From: Bacilli bacterium
Lineage (GTDB): Bacteria > Bacillota_I > Bacilli_A > ML615J-28 > CAG-313
DNA length: 64,000 bases
NCBI GenBank assembly: GCA_017937305.1
Contig: JAGBDV010000020.1
Coordinates: forward strand, 57,309 to 121,308
Reading direction: 5' to 3'
Below, one piece after another: positions 1-10,253 of this stretch. The translations under genes were made by a program, and so were the position numbers. Numbering within the stretch: the first letter of the stretch is position 1; each line of letters opens with the position of its first letter. A model generated the notes under the pieces. The model saw nothing but the letters and a program-made list of their open reading frames with translations. It searched no databases and was not told the DNA's origin.

Positions 1-3000
1 GCGTTACTGTATTATCAAGTGCATTACCTGAAATTGTCTTTACAGAATATAGCCCTAACATGTTAAAAGGTGCTAGTCAAACTATTGGTTATAAGTTTAA
101 TCCAATTTATACTGATGCACAAGTAAGATGGGAATCTGCTAACCCAGATGTTGCAGTAGTTGACGAAAATGGTAAAGTTACTGCTGTTGCTGTTGGTGAA
201 GCTACTATCATTGCTTATGCTACTGATGGTGTTGATGAAAAAGCATTCGTATTAAAATTAAGTGTTAGTGAAAGTGATTTTGCTATTGAATACGTATTAA
301 ATGGTGGTGTTAACTCTGAAGCTAACCCTGCTGGTTATAATACTTTAAATACTCCACTTGAACTTCAACCTGCTACAAAACTTGGTTACAACTTCCTTGG
401 CTGGTATGCTGATGAAGAATTAACTCAAGAAGCTGGTAAGATTGCTGAAGGTTCTACAGGTGATGTTAAAGTTTATGCTAAGTGGGAAATTGTTAACTAC
501 AACATCAATTATGATCTTGATGGTGGTGTTAATGCTGAAGGTAACCCTGCTACATATACTGTAGAAGATGAAATCGTTCTTGGTGAACCTACTAAAGAAA
601 ATCACTCATTCTTAGGATGGGTTGATGCTGAAGGTAACACTGTTACTAAGATTGCTAAAGGCAGTGTTGGTGATGTTGCTGTTAAAGCTACTTGGAAATT
701 AGATGTATTTAATATTTCTTATGATCTAAATGGTGGTTCATTTGTTACTGGATATCCTTATGCATCTCATGCAGAATTAGTTGCTGATTTCGTTGTTGAT
801 TTCAATAAACATTCAGGTAAAACTGTTGCTGCTGATGGTTCTGACTTCTTCGCAAGAAGCTGGATGGCTGATGGTTCAAGTGCTGGTTATAAGTTCTTAA
901 CAAGTGCTGAATATGGTGCTAAATGGAGTTGGTTAATAAAATTAATCAATGATGGACGTGTTGCTAGAGGTGCTGCTGAACTTCAATCTACTGATGGACA
1001 AGCTGAAGCTCGTGGTGAAGTTCATACATTCTTAAATTTAACTGGTACTGCTAATACAGCTGGTTATGGTACAGATCGTACTGGTTTAACATTTGAAGAA
1101 TATGCTCCTAAATATTTACCATGTGATCCAAGTATTCCTGCTGTTGTATATCAATATGCAGTAGGTGTTGAAACATTATTACCTCTTGCTCAAAAAGCTG
1201 ATCATGAATTTATCGGATGGAGTGTTGCTAAAGAAGAAACAATTACTACTTCTGCTAATAGCAACTTCTGGGGTAACTATGCTAACCATATCTTCCTATT
1301 TAAATCAGCTAATGATGCAAAAGCTAAATTCTCGTTCCGTGCTTATATTGCACGTCAAGAAGATGGCTCATACGTTGTAACTAAGATTCAACAATCTGGA
1401 GAAGTTTCAGCTGTTGAAGGAGATTATACTTTATGTATTTCTGATAGTTATGGTAAATATGCTGAAACTAAAGCATTTAGAGAAGCTATTCAAGTTGGTG
1501 ACATCGTTAGTTTCGATGGTGATCCTTCTACTGGTAATACAACAATTAGCTTAGTTAAAATCTATGATAAGATTTCTGCTGATCAAATTGGAGATCTTAA
1601 CTTCAAGGCTTTATTTGCTGAATTAAGAGATGATTATGAATTATCATATGAATTAGATGGTGGTAAACTTTCTGATGGTGCTCCTAAACAATATTTATGT
1701 TCAACAGGATTAAAATTAGAAATGACTGCTTCTAAACCTGGTTACAAATTCTTAGGTTGGAGCTTAAGTAAAGGTGGAGAAATTATTGAAGAAATCCCTG
1801 CTGGAACAAGAGATCCTCAAACATTATATGCTATTTATGAAGCTGAAACTTACAAGATTGAATATGATACTAATGGTGGTACATTCTCAGTTGATTCTGT
1901 AGCTTATATTTATGATAATTATGAAGCAATTGTTGCTGATTTCTTAGCTGATTACTCTGCTAAATATGGATTATCTGGCTTAACTGCTGCAAACTTCAAC
2001 TCTAAATCTGCTAACTATGGCCTAGCTGCATTCTGGAAAGATGCTACTTTAGCTTCTAAGTGGGCTTGGTTACAAGAATTTATGTTAACTTACAATCCAA
2101 ATTACTCTGGTTTATCATACATGAAGAATGCTTCAAGTGCTGCTAATTACAACAAGTATTGGCGTGCTAACTTAGCTGCATTCCTACAACAAGGTAAAGT
2201 TACTTCTCCACTTTCTATGGACTTTACAGGACTTGACACTGAAGCTTGGTGGGCTGCATCAGTTCCAACTAAGATTGTTACAGTTGCTGCAAATCCTAAG
2301 TATGAATATACAGTAGAAGAACTTCCATTTGTTATTGAAGTTCCTATGCGTGATGGTGTAGAATTTGTTGGTTGGTGTTTCAATAATAAATATCGTGATG
2401 AATTCTTATCATTACCTGCTGGTACAGTTGGTGATATTAAACTATATGCTAAATGGTCTGATACTGAAGAAGTATATGAAACATTTGCTATTAATTATGA
2501 ACTAGACTTTGGACGTATTGAAGGTGAATATGTAAATTCTTATGTAGAAACAATCGGTGTTGCATCTCTTCCTACTCCTGTTAAAGTTGGTTATACATTC
2601 TTAGGTTGGACACTTGCTGCTGATTCTAGTGAATATGTAACTTCAATTGGTACAGAAGTTGTTGGTGATGTTACTTTATATGCTCAATGGGCAGAAAAAG
2701 AATCTTCAATGCCTAAAGTAATTAAAGTTGGTGCTGAAGAAGAATATAAGACTTTAGCTGATGCTATTGCTGCTGCTTCTAAGGGTGATACAATCGTACT
2801 TGCTGCTGGTGAATATGCTGGTGCTACAATTGATAAAGCATTAACTATTAAAGGTCCTAATGCTGGTGTTAACCCTAACACTGCAACTCGTGGTGATGAA
2901 GCTATCCTTTCTGGTGTATTAAAGATTTCTGCTGATAATGTTACTATTGATGGTATTGCATTAACTGGTGCTGGTAAACTTAAAGCTGATACTACTCAAA

Positions 3001-6000
3001 ATATTTCTAATTTAACATTTGTTAATATTTATGTATATGATTCAACTGTTAACGTTGGTAATGTAAGTACAGTTGCTCCATTTGAATTAAATGTTGATGG
3101 TTCTAATTTTGTTTCTGATGTATTAATCGCTAATTCTAAGATTATTACAAGCAACATTTCAAATGACCGTCCAATGATCGTTTATGCAACTAATATTAAG
3201 AACTTAACTATGGATAATAACTCATTTGTTGGTAGAAGAGTTAACTACAATGATGCTGTTAAACTTGGTAATGGTGCTTCTGTTGGTGTTACTGGTAATT
3301 TAATCATTACTAACAACTATTTTGAAAACTATGCTCAATACTTAATTTGGTTACAAAAATTTGGTGCTGTTAATGTATTAGTTGAAAACAATACATTCTT
3401 AAATAATGGTCAAACTGCAGGTTCTCACTGTGCTATCAGATTCCAAGCATATACTGGTGCTGCTACTGATGAAGTTAACTGTGAAATGTACTACAATACA
3501 GTTGATAATTCATACTTGTTATTAAAAGTTGATGCTGCTCCTGATGGTGCTAAATTTGTATGTAATTATAATACTGTTCAAAATAGTAAAGATACTCTTA
3601 TTGTTAAGAATGCTACTAAAGCTACTGTAACTTGTGATAGCAACTACTGGGCATTTGATTCTGTAACTGATGCAATGTTCGTTAATGCTACTCATACTAA
3701 CGATTTAACTGATGCTGAATCAATTCCTTCAAAAGAAGAATCTTGGTTAGAAGGTAAATTAATCGTTGGTGCTGATGCTGCTTATAAGACTCTTGCTGAA
3801 GCTTTAGCTGCTGCTAAAGAAGGCGATGAAATTTATTTAACAGCTGGTACTTATGATGAAGCTGTAACAATCACTGTTGCTAACTTAACAATTTATGGTC
3901 CTAACCATGGTGTTGCTGGTACTGCTGAACGTGCTGCTGAAGCTGTTCTTGCTCAACCTTTAACAGTTGAAGCTGCAGGATTTACAGTTGATGGTGTTCA
4001 ATTTGGTGCTGGATGTAATGTAGTTGTTAAAGCTAATAATGCTACAATTACTAATGTTCATAGTGTATCTACTAAGTTTGCAAAAGCTGGTGGAACTAAC
4101 CGTACTGCTGTTGTAACAACATCTGGTAAAGTTTCTAACTTTGAATTATCTAACTCATTCTTCAATACAGGTGCATCTTCTTACTTAAAAGGTGTATTTG
4201 CTAATGATGAAGCTGTTACAAATGCATTATTCAAGAATAACTTCTTTACTCATGAAAATACTGATAACACTTCAATTTCAGACTGTATCGCAATGTATAA
4301 CTCTGCTGGTGTTATTGAATTTATCGGTAATACATTTGAATGGGTAACTGATGACTGGTGTATTATGTTAGGTTCTACTGGTTGTGCTGCTGATGTTATT
4401 AACGTAATTGATAATAACTTCATTGGTAAGACTGTTGATGGATCTGAACTTTATACTTGTGGTATTATGCTACGTTGTGCTCCTGCTGGTTCAAAAGTTA
4501 ATGTAATCCATAACTATTTTGGTACATTAGCTGGTACTATTATTTCTGGTAGAAATTCAAAAGCTGGTGCTGAATATAATATTAAATACAATGTATTTGA
4601 AAATATGACTTACCGTCAAGATTCATCTAATATTGGTTCTGCTGCATTCAATTATGAAGGTAACTATTATGGTAAACCTGTTCACTCAAGTGCTACATAT
4701 TGTACAGACTATGGTACAGTAACTGATAAAGCTGTTTGTGATGAATTATATGTTGCTTGGAAAGTTGTTCAAGAAATTGGTACTCCTGAAGTTTATTCTA
4801 ACTTAAGTTATGAATTAAATGGTGGTACAATTGCTGCTGGTTATGACGTTAAATACTTAGAAGGTCAAAAAGTTGCTCTTTATGGTGCTACTAAAGAAGG
4901 TTATAAATTCTTAGGTTGGTCATTAGATGCTGAAGGAACAAAAGTTTATAAAGAAATCCAAAAAGATTGGACTGGCGATATCAAACTTTATGCTCAATAT
5001 GCTGAAATCTTTGACGTTGAATACGATCTAGATGGTGGTGCTGCTGAAGGTTTAGTTACATCTGCTGTTGATGGTACTAAAGTTGAACTTCCTACTCCTG
5101 AAAAATACGGTCACATCTTCTTAGGATGGACTTTAGAAAAAGGAACTGAAGATTATATTAAGAGTGTTGTTGTTACTGCTGATACTAAACTTTATGCTAA
5201 TTGGTTAGAAGCTACATTCTTCTATGTAGATTATGAACTAAATGGTGGTAGTATCTTATATGCTTCAAGAGATGCATTAATCGCTGATTGGCTAGTAGAC
5301 TACAACCTAGTATTAGGTAAGAGCTATGCTTCTACTGCTGATATCGCTACAGGTAACTTTGCTGATATCGATTATCATACATTCTTAGATTCTAAGACTG
5401 TTCTTAACAATGGTCAAACTCCAAGAGAAAAATGGTTATGGTTAGCTGAATACTTATATGAATTATCTGTAAGAGATGTTGCTTCTAATAACTGTAACGT
5501 TCTTGGTTTAAGAGCTTTAATTAATCAAACTGGTTATAGTGGTGATGCTATTTATGGTGTATCTTATGCATTCCGTGCATTCTTATTAGGTAGAACAATT
5601 CGTCCTAATTCAAGTTATACTTCAGTTGACCATTCAGTTTATGAAAATGCTAATGGTTTCTGGGCTAAATTAAGTGCTTCTGAACCTAAGCATTATGGAT
5701 ACTATGAAGAAACAGTATTACCTGCTGCTAACTTAGAAAATTACAAGTTTGCTGGTTGGTATAAAGATGCTGAATTCACTGGTGAACCTGTTACTAAGGT
5801 TTCTCATGCTGATGATGGATTAAAACTTTATGCTAAATTCGTTGAAGCTACTCCTGTAACAAGTGTAACTATTGATAATAAATTTGCTGAAATGAAGAGA
5901 TTTGAAACTTACCAATTAACTTGGACAGTTAATCCTTCTGATGCAAGCATCCAACAAGTTGCATTCGCATCAAGCAATCCTGAAGTTGCTAGTGTTGATG

Positions 6001-7556
6001 ATAAAGGTTTAATCACAGCAGTTGCTGATGGTAAGACTACTATTACAATTACTTCTAAATCTGCATCTGGTGCAAAAGATTCATTCGAATTAGTTGTTTA
6101 CTCTCCAGATCATTTCGAAATTGCTTATGAAACAGAAAGTTATGTTGCAATTGATGGTACAGTTAACTTACTTGCTGAATACATCAAACGTGATGGTTCT
6201 AAAGAAGCTCTAACTTGGTCTTCTGTAACTCCTGAAATTGCTACAGTTGATGCTAATGGTAAAGTTACTGGTGTTAATGCTGGTGTTGCTACTATTCGTG
6301 TAGCTGTTACAAGCAATACTGAAATCTATCAAGATTTCGTTGTAACTGTTCTTGAAGCTGAAGTTTCTGAAGCAGTTCAACATGTTATTGATGCTCATGA
6401 AAGTAATGTATTTACTAGATACGATTTAGGTATTGGTGCTGGCTCTGCTCCTGCATACTATGCTGATATCTTTGGATCAATTAGTAAGATTCTTTACAAT
6501 CAACCATTAGTAATTGATGAACAATTCAAATCTGCTGGTGATGCTACTGGTAACTACTATGTAAATGAAGGTATCGAATTCGTTACTGTTCACTACACAG
6601 GTAATATGGCTCCTGGTTCAACAGCTAAAGCTAATGCTAATTACTTCGTTCAAGCTTCAAGTGGTGTATCTATCCACTATGTTACTGGTAATGATGGTGT
6701 TTATAGCTGCTTAAGCCACGATAAAGGTGCATGGCATGCTGGTGACTCTGGTGCTTACTCTACTGTTGGTGCATTCAAGTGGATGCCTACAGGTGTTATG
6801 TATGATGATTGTGATCTATTAAAAGTTAAATTCACTGCTTCTGATGACTTCTATTATGAAATCAATGGTAAGAAGACAACAATTCCACTACCTAAGACTT
6901 ATAATCATAAAGAAAGAAATACTGATCACATTTACAATGCTGATGGTACAATTTCTGCTCAACCTGATTATGATAACTGGGGTCAAACATTTGCTAATAG
7001 AACTCCTGAAAGCTTCTTCAATGATCAAGACTTCCCTATCACTGTTGTAGATGGTGAATACTACATGGGTACAACTTGGTGGAGTTATGGTCAAGTTTAC
7101 GAAGGACGTATCTGTGGTTCTGGTGGTAATAGAAACTCTATCGGTATCGAATCTGCAGTTAACCCTGAATCAGACTTATGGTTAACATGGCAAAAGACTG
7201 CACAATTAGTTGCTCAATTATGTGTTCAATATGACTTAGGTCTTGAAAGAATTAAAGGTCACCACTTCTTTGATGGTAAGGATTGTCCTCAACCATTATT
7301 AGAAAATGATCTTGAAATTTGGTGGGAATTCATCGAATTAGTAAGATATGAAATGGCTCTATTAACAACATTAAAAGATGCTGGATTCAAACTTACTGTT
7401 GATGAAAACTGTGCTTCATTCGTTGGTGAAAACGGACGTATTGAATCTCAACCTGAATTTGCTCAAGTTATCGAATATACAGTAGAAGTTACTGTTGGTG
7501 ATAAAGTTGAAACTATCACTCTTGCTTCATCTGTAAATGGTATTTACAGCAAATAA
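1..7556 (+). CDS. Giant surface protein, 5'-partial (open to window edge). Big_2 Ig-like domain at N-terminus; many Listeria-Bacteroides (Flg_new) repeats; two tandem right-handed parallel beta-helix (PbH1) modules (~2715-3680, ~3760-4790); two Big_2 domains (5860-6350); C-terminal Amidase_2 (MurNAc-L-Ala amidase/PGRP) domain (~6360-7310).
   Basis: The 60..7556 frame stays open upstream to position 3 (TVLSSALPEIVFTEYSPNM looks like Big_2). YxLNGG...GYxFxGW repeat units recur throughout. The YKTLA(D/E)A(I/L)AAAxxGDxIxLxAGxY beta-helix starts occur twice. The amidase region carries AWHAG, NSIGIE and HHF..GKDCP motifs. Confidence 0.8.
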   Translation, partial: VTVLSSALPEIVFTEYSPNMLKGASQTIGYKFNPIYTDAQVRWESANPDVAVVDENGKVTAVAVGEATIIAYATDGVDEKAFVLKLSVSESDFAIEYVLNGGVNSEANPAGYNTLNTPLELQPATKLGYNFLGWYADEELTQEAGKIAEGSTGDVKVYAKWEIVNYNINYDLDGGVNAEGNPATYTVEDEIVLGEPTKENHSFLGWVDAEGNTVTKIAKGSVGDVAVKATWKLDVFNISYDLNGGSFVTGYPYASHAELVADFVVDFNKHSGKTVAADGSDFFARSWMADGSSAGYKFLTSAEYGAKWSWLIKLINDGRVARGAAELQSTDGQAEARGEVHTFLNLTGTANTAGYGTDRTGLTFEEYAPKYLPCDPSIPAVVYQYAVGVETLLPLAQKADHEFIGWSVAKEETITTSANSNFWGNYANHIFLFKSANDAKAKFSFRAYIARQEDGSYVVTKIQQSGEVSAVEGDYTLCISDSYGKYAETKAFREAIQVGDIVSFDGDPSTGNTTISLVKIYDKISADQIGDLNFKALFAELRDDYELSYELDGGKLSDGAPKQYLCSTGLKLEMTASKPGYKFLGWSLSKGGEIIEEIPAGTRDPQTLYAIYEAETYKIEYDTNGGTFSVDSVAYIYDNYEAIVADFLADYSAKYGLSGLTAANFNSKSANYGLAAFWKDATLASKWAWLQEFMLTYNPNYSGLSYMKNASSAANYNKYWRANLAAFLQQGKVTSPLSMDFTGLDTEAWWAASVPTKIVTVAANPKYEYTVEELPFVIEVPMRDGVEFVGWCFNNKYRDEFLSLPAGTVGDIKLYAKWSDTEEVYETFAINYELDFGRIEGEYVNSYVETIGVASLPTPVKVGYTFLGWTLAADSSEYVTSIGTEVVGDVTLYAQWAEKESSMPKVIKVGAEEEYKTLADAIAAASKGDTIVLAAGEYAGATIDKALTIKGPNAGVNPNTATRGDEAILSGVLKISADNVTIDGIALTGAGKLKADTTQNISNLTFVNIYVYDSTVNVGNVSTVAPFELNVDGSNFVSDVLIANSKIITSNISNDRPMIVYATNIKNLTMDNNSFVGRRVNYNDAVKLGNGASVGVTGNLIITNNYFENYAQYLIWLQKFGAVNVLVENNTFLNNGQTAGSHCAIRFQAYTGAATDEVNCEMYYNTVDNSYLLLKVDAAPDGAKFVCNYNTVQNSKDTLIVKNATKATVTCDSNYWAFDSVTDAMFVNATHTNDLTDAESIPSKEESWLEGKLIVGADAAYKTLAEALAAAKEGDEIYLTAGTYDEAVTITVANLTIYGPNHGVAGTAERAAEAVLAQPLTVEAAGFTVDGVQFGAGCNVVVKANNATITNVHSVSTKFAKAGGTNRTAVVTTSGKVSNFELSNSFFNTGASSYLKGVFANDEAVTNALFKNNFFTHENTDNTSISDCIAMYNSAGVIEFIGNTFEWVTDDWCIMLGSTGCAADVINVIDNNFIGKTVDGSELYTCGIMLRCAPAGSKVNVIHNYFGTLAGTIISGRNSKAGAEYNIKYNVFENMTYRQDSSNIGSAAFNYEGNYYGKPVHSSATYCTDYGTVTDKAVCDELYVAWKVVQEIGTPEVYSNLSYELNGGTIAAGYDVKYLEGQKVALYGATKEGYKFLGWSLDAEGTKVYKEIQKDWTGDIKLYAQYAEIFDVEYDLDGGAAEGLVTSAVDGTKVELPTPEKYGHIFLGWTLEKGTEDYIKSVVVTADTKLYANWLEATFFYVDYELNGGSILYASRDALIADWLVDYNLVLGKSYASTADIATGNFADIDYHTFLDSKTVLNNGQTPREKWLWLAEYLYELSVRDVASNNCNVLGLRALINQTGYSGDAIYGVSYAFRAFLLGRTIRPNSSYTSVDHSVYENANGFWAKLSASEPKHYGYYEETVLPAANLENYKFAGWYKDAEFTGEPVTKVSHADDGLKLYAKFVEATPVTSVTIDNKFAEMKRFETYQLTWTVNPSDASIQQVAFASSNPEVASVDDKGLITAVADGKTTITITSKSASGAKDSFELVVYSPDHFEIAYETESYVAIDGTVNLLAEYIKRDGSKEALTWSSVTPEIATVDANGKVTGVNAGVATIRVAVTSNTEIYQDFVVTVLEAEVSEAVQHVIDAHESNVFTRYDLGIGAGSAPAYYADIFGSISKILYNQPLVIDEQFKSAGDATGNYYVNEGIEFVTVHYTGNMAPGSTAKANANYFVQASSGVSIHYVTGNDGVYSCLSHDKGAWHAGDSGAYSTVGAFKWMPTGVMYDDCDLLKVKFTASDDFYYEINGKKTTIPLPKTYNHKERNTDHIYNADGTISAQPDYDNWGQTFANRTPESFFNDQDFPITVVDGEYYMGTTWWSYGQVYEGRICGSGGNRNSIGIESAVNPESDLWLTWQKTAQLVAQLCVQYDLGLERIKGHHFFDGKDCPQPLLENDLEIWWEFIELVRYEMALLTTLKDAGFKLTVDENCASFVGENGRIESQPEFAQVIEYTVEVTVGDKVETITLASSVNGIYSK

Positions 7557-7568
7557 TTAAACAAATTA

Positions 7569-7609
7569 AAATGGTTAATGCGAAAGCATTAGCCATTTTC
7601 TTTTTTTTT
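7569..7609 (+). terminator. Rho-independent terminator: 12-bp stem with GAAA loop, then a T-run.
   Basis: aatggttaatgc-gaaa-gcattagccatt followed by ttcttttttttt, directly after the giant-gene stop. Confidence 0.8.
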
Positions 7610-7619
7610 AAATTATAAA

Positions 7620-7628
7620 GTGGTATAA
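7620..7628 (+). promoter_or_regulatory. Extended -10 (TGgTATAAT) promoter element upstream of map.
   Basis: tggtataat lies 27 bp before the map ATG. Similar TGaTATAAT boxes occur at 14240, 35206, 36624, 44092 and 46044. Confidence 0.45.
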
Positions 7629-7654
7629 TATATAAGATAAAAGAGGTGAATATA

Positions 7655-8479
7655 ATGAATGAAGCTTATGAAAAGATTAAAAATCGTTTATTAGAATATA
7701 AAAAGAAAAACTATATAGTTCCTACTGAAAAAATGATTAAAACAAAAGAACAAATTGAAGGAATTAAGGCTGCTGGTGTAATTAATACGGCAATTCTTGA
7801 TATGGTGGAAGAAAACATTAAAGCTGGAATGTCTACAGAAGATATTAATAAACTTGTTCATAATTTTACTATTTCTCATGGGGCTATTCCTGCTCCACTT
7901 AATTATGAAGGGTTTCCTAAAAGTGTGTGTGTATCTGTAAACGATTCAGTATGTCATGGAATTCCATCAAAAAAATTGATACTTAAAAATGGAGATATTG
8001 TAAATGTAGATGTTACTACAATTTATAAAGGTTATTATGCCGATGCATCAAGAATGTATATTATTGGTGAAGCAAAGGAAAATGCTAAAAAGTTAGTAAA
8101 AGTTACTAAAGAATGTTTAGAACTTGCTGTTAATGCAATAGTTCCATGGGAGACTAGACTTGGTGATCTAGGCGATATTATTCTTACCCATGCAAGAAAA
8201 AATGGATATAGTGTAGTTAGAGAAATTGGTGGTCATGGTGTAGGACTTGAAATGCATGAAGATCCATATGTTTCTCATGTAGGAAAAAAAGGGACTGGAA
8301 TGCTAATTGTACCGGGTATGGTATTTACTATTGAACCAATGGTAAATGAAGGAAGTAGATTAATTTATCAAGATAGTAGAAATGGTTGGACTATTTATAC
8401 TTATGATGGAAAGTTATCTGCACAGTGGGAGCATACTATTGTTGTAACAGAAGATGGTTGTGAAATTATAACTCATTAA
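7655..8479 (+). CDS. map: Methionine aminopeptidase type I.
   Basis: Full-length MetAP-I fold motifs are present (HGIP, DxVNVDV, EIGGHGVGLEMHEDP, FTIEPM). ATG 7655 has a GAGGTG RBS with 6-nt spacing; the tracked start at 7646 is a GTG inside the RBS. Confidence 0.9.
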   Translation: MNEAYEKIKNRLLEYKKKNYIVPTEKMIKTKEQIEGIKAAGVINTAILDMVEENIKAGMSTEDINKLVHNFTISHGAIPAPLNYEGFPKSVCVSVNDSVCHGIPSKKLILKNGDIVNVDVTTIYKGYYADASRMYIIGEAKENAKKLVKVTKECLELAVNAIVPWETRLGDLGDIILTHARKNGYSVVREIGGHGVGLEMHEDPYVSHVGKKGTGMLIVPGMVFTIEPMVNEGSRLIYQDSRNGWTIYTYDGKLSAQWEHTIVVTEDGCEIITH

Positions 8480-8498
8480 TTAAGAGGAGAATAGCTTT

Positions 8499-10253
8499 AT
8501 GAAAGAAATTTTACTAACATTTAAAAGACTAACATGGTTCTTTAAAGCAAATCTTAAAAATTATTTATTTTGTGCATTAGCACTATTATTTGTTTCTGTA
8601 ATGCCAGTAATCCCTACTAAGGTACTTGGTATTGCAATAGATGATATAGTTATGGGGAGTGTAACTATAGATAGAATAATTCTATACATTATGGGGTTAT
8701 TAGTAATTCCAGTATTTATATATTGTGTAAATATTTATTATCATTATACAATGAATAAACTAGGTCAAGATATTTCATATAAATTAAGAGAACAGTATCT
8801 TGAACATTTATTTGAACTGGACTCTTCAATTTATGAAAAATATACTAAAGGTGATTTAATAGCAAGAATATCAAATGATTTAACTACAGTAAGTGGCCTA
8901 GCAACATCTTTTTTGCAAAATGTTATTTATTATTTTGTCACTATTGTTGCTTCAATAACTATGATGGTAGTTATTAATCCTATTCTTTGTCTTGTATCCA
9001 TTGTATTTATGCCTTTTGCGATATTTATTTTAAATAATATCAGAAAGAGAAAAAGACAATATTATAAAAAACATCATGAAATTTATGGGGAAATGACAGA
9101 AAATGTTCTTGAATCCATCGAAAGTGCAAAAACAGTTAGAGCATATGGTATGGAAGAAGAAGACTATAAAAAGACTAAAACAGCAATTGATAATGATACT
9201 AACTCTTGGTGGTATATTCAAATGTTTGAGTCATTATTTGTACCAATGTTTGAACTTATTTATGCTGTAGCGTATTTTATTGCAATAGGATTAGGTACTT
9301 ACATGGTGATTAAATCTATCATATCTCCTGGTGATTTAGTTAGTTTCTTACTATATGTTGGAATGCTTTATGGTCCACTAATTGGTTTAAGTAATGTCTT
9401 AAACACAATTAGTAGCATTAATATTGCATCACAAAGATTCTTTGAAATTATGGATTTAGATACTGAAGTCCATGATGTTACAAATCCATTAAATATAATG
9501 AAATTTAATGAAATAAAATTTAAAGATGTAAACTTTAAATTTCCATTTGATGATTTTAACGTTTTATCCAATATTAATTTAACAATAAAAAGTGGTGAAA
9601 CAATAGGTATAGTTGGTCCTACTGGAAGTGGTAAATCTACTTTAATAAGACAATTATTAAGAGAATTTAATATTAGTAGTGGAACTATTTTGATTGATGA
9701 TATTCCAATTGAGAATTATAAGATAGATGACATTAGAATGATGGTAGGTTATGTTCCTCAAGAACATATTTTGTTTAGAAGAAGTGTTGATGATAATATT
9801 TTAATAGGTAATCCTAAAGCCTCACATGAAGAAATTGATAATGCAATGACAGTTGCAGATTTTAAAAAAGATTTAAATGAATTATCAAGTGGTGAACACA
9901 CTTTAGTAAGTGAACTAGGTGGATCTTTATCTGGTGGACAACGTCAAAGATTGTCAATAGCACGTGCTTTAGTAAAAGATCCTGAAATTTTAATTTTAGA
10001 TGATTCTTTAAGTGCTGTTGATGCATTAACTGAAACAAATATTATTAAACAATTAAAAGAAACAAGAGTAGGTAAGACTAATATTATTGTTGCACATTGT
10101 TTTAGTGCGATAGCTCTTGCAGATAAAATTATCGTTCTACAAGGTGGAAAAATAACCGATATAGGTACTCATCATGAATTATTAAAATATGATAACTGGT
10201 ATAAGATGCAATATCTTATTCAAATAAAAGGTGATAATCATGAAGAACTATAG
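8499..10253 (+). CDS. ABC transporter permease/ATP-binding protein (type I exporter, half-transporter).
   Basis: Six-TM N-terminal domain; Walker A GPTGSGKST; LSGGQRQR signature; Walker B ILILDD. Confidence 0.85.
   Translation: MKEILLTFKRLTWFFKANLKNYLFCALALLFVSVMPVIPTKVLGIAIDDIVMGSVTIDRIILYIMGLLVIPVFIYCVNIYYHYTMNKLGQDISYKLREQYLEHLFELDSSIYEKYTKGDLIARISNDLTTVSGLATSFLQNVIYYFVTIVASITMMVVINPILCLVSIVFMPFAIFILNNIRKRKRQYYKKHHEIYGEMTENVLESIESAKTVRAYGMEEEDYKKTKTAIDNDTNSWWYIQMFESLFVPMFELIYAVAYFIAIGLGTYMVIKSIISPGDLVSFLLYVGMLYGPLIGLSNVLNTISSINIASQRFFEIMDLDTEVHDVTNPLNIMKFNEIKFKDVNFKFPFDDFNVLSNINLTIKSGETIGIVGPTGSGKSTLIRQLLREFNISSGTILIDDIPIENYKIDDIRMMVGYVPQEHILFRRSVDDNILIGNPKASHEEIDNAMTVADFKKDLNELSSGEHTLVSELGGSLSGGQRQRLSIARALVKDPEILILDDSLSAVDALTETNIIKQLKETRVGKTNIIVAHCFSAIALADKIIVLQGGKITDIGTHHELLKYDNWYKMQYLIQIKGDNHEEL

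Noticed and set aside
60-62. ATG at 60 as the true start of the giant protein.
   Set aside because: The frame is open to the window edge and the upstream residues continue a Big_2-like domain. The gene is 5'-truncated by the window.
420-7094. Short antisense or alternate-frame ORFs inside the giant gene (420..605-, 1165..1380+, 2147..2383-, 2684..2881-, 6210..6398-, 6844..7050+, 6888..7094-).
   Set aside because: They are embedded in a long, motif-rich coding frame and have low-complexity translations with no RBS. They are artefacts of AT-rich sequence.
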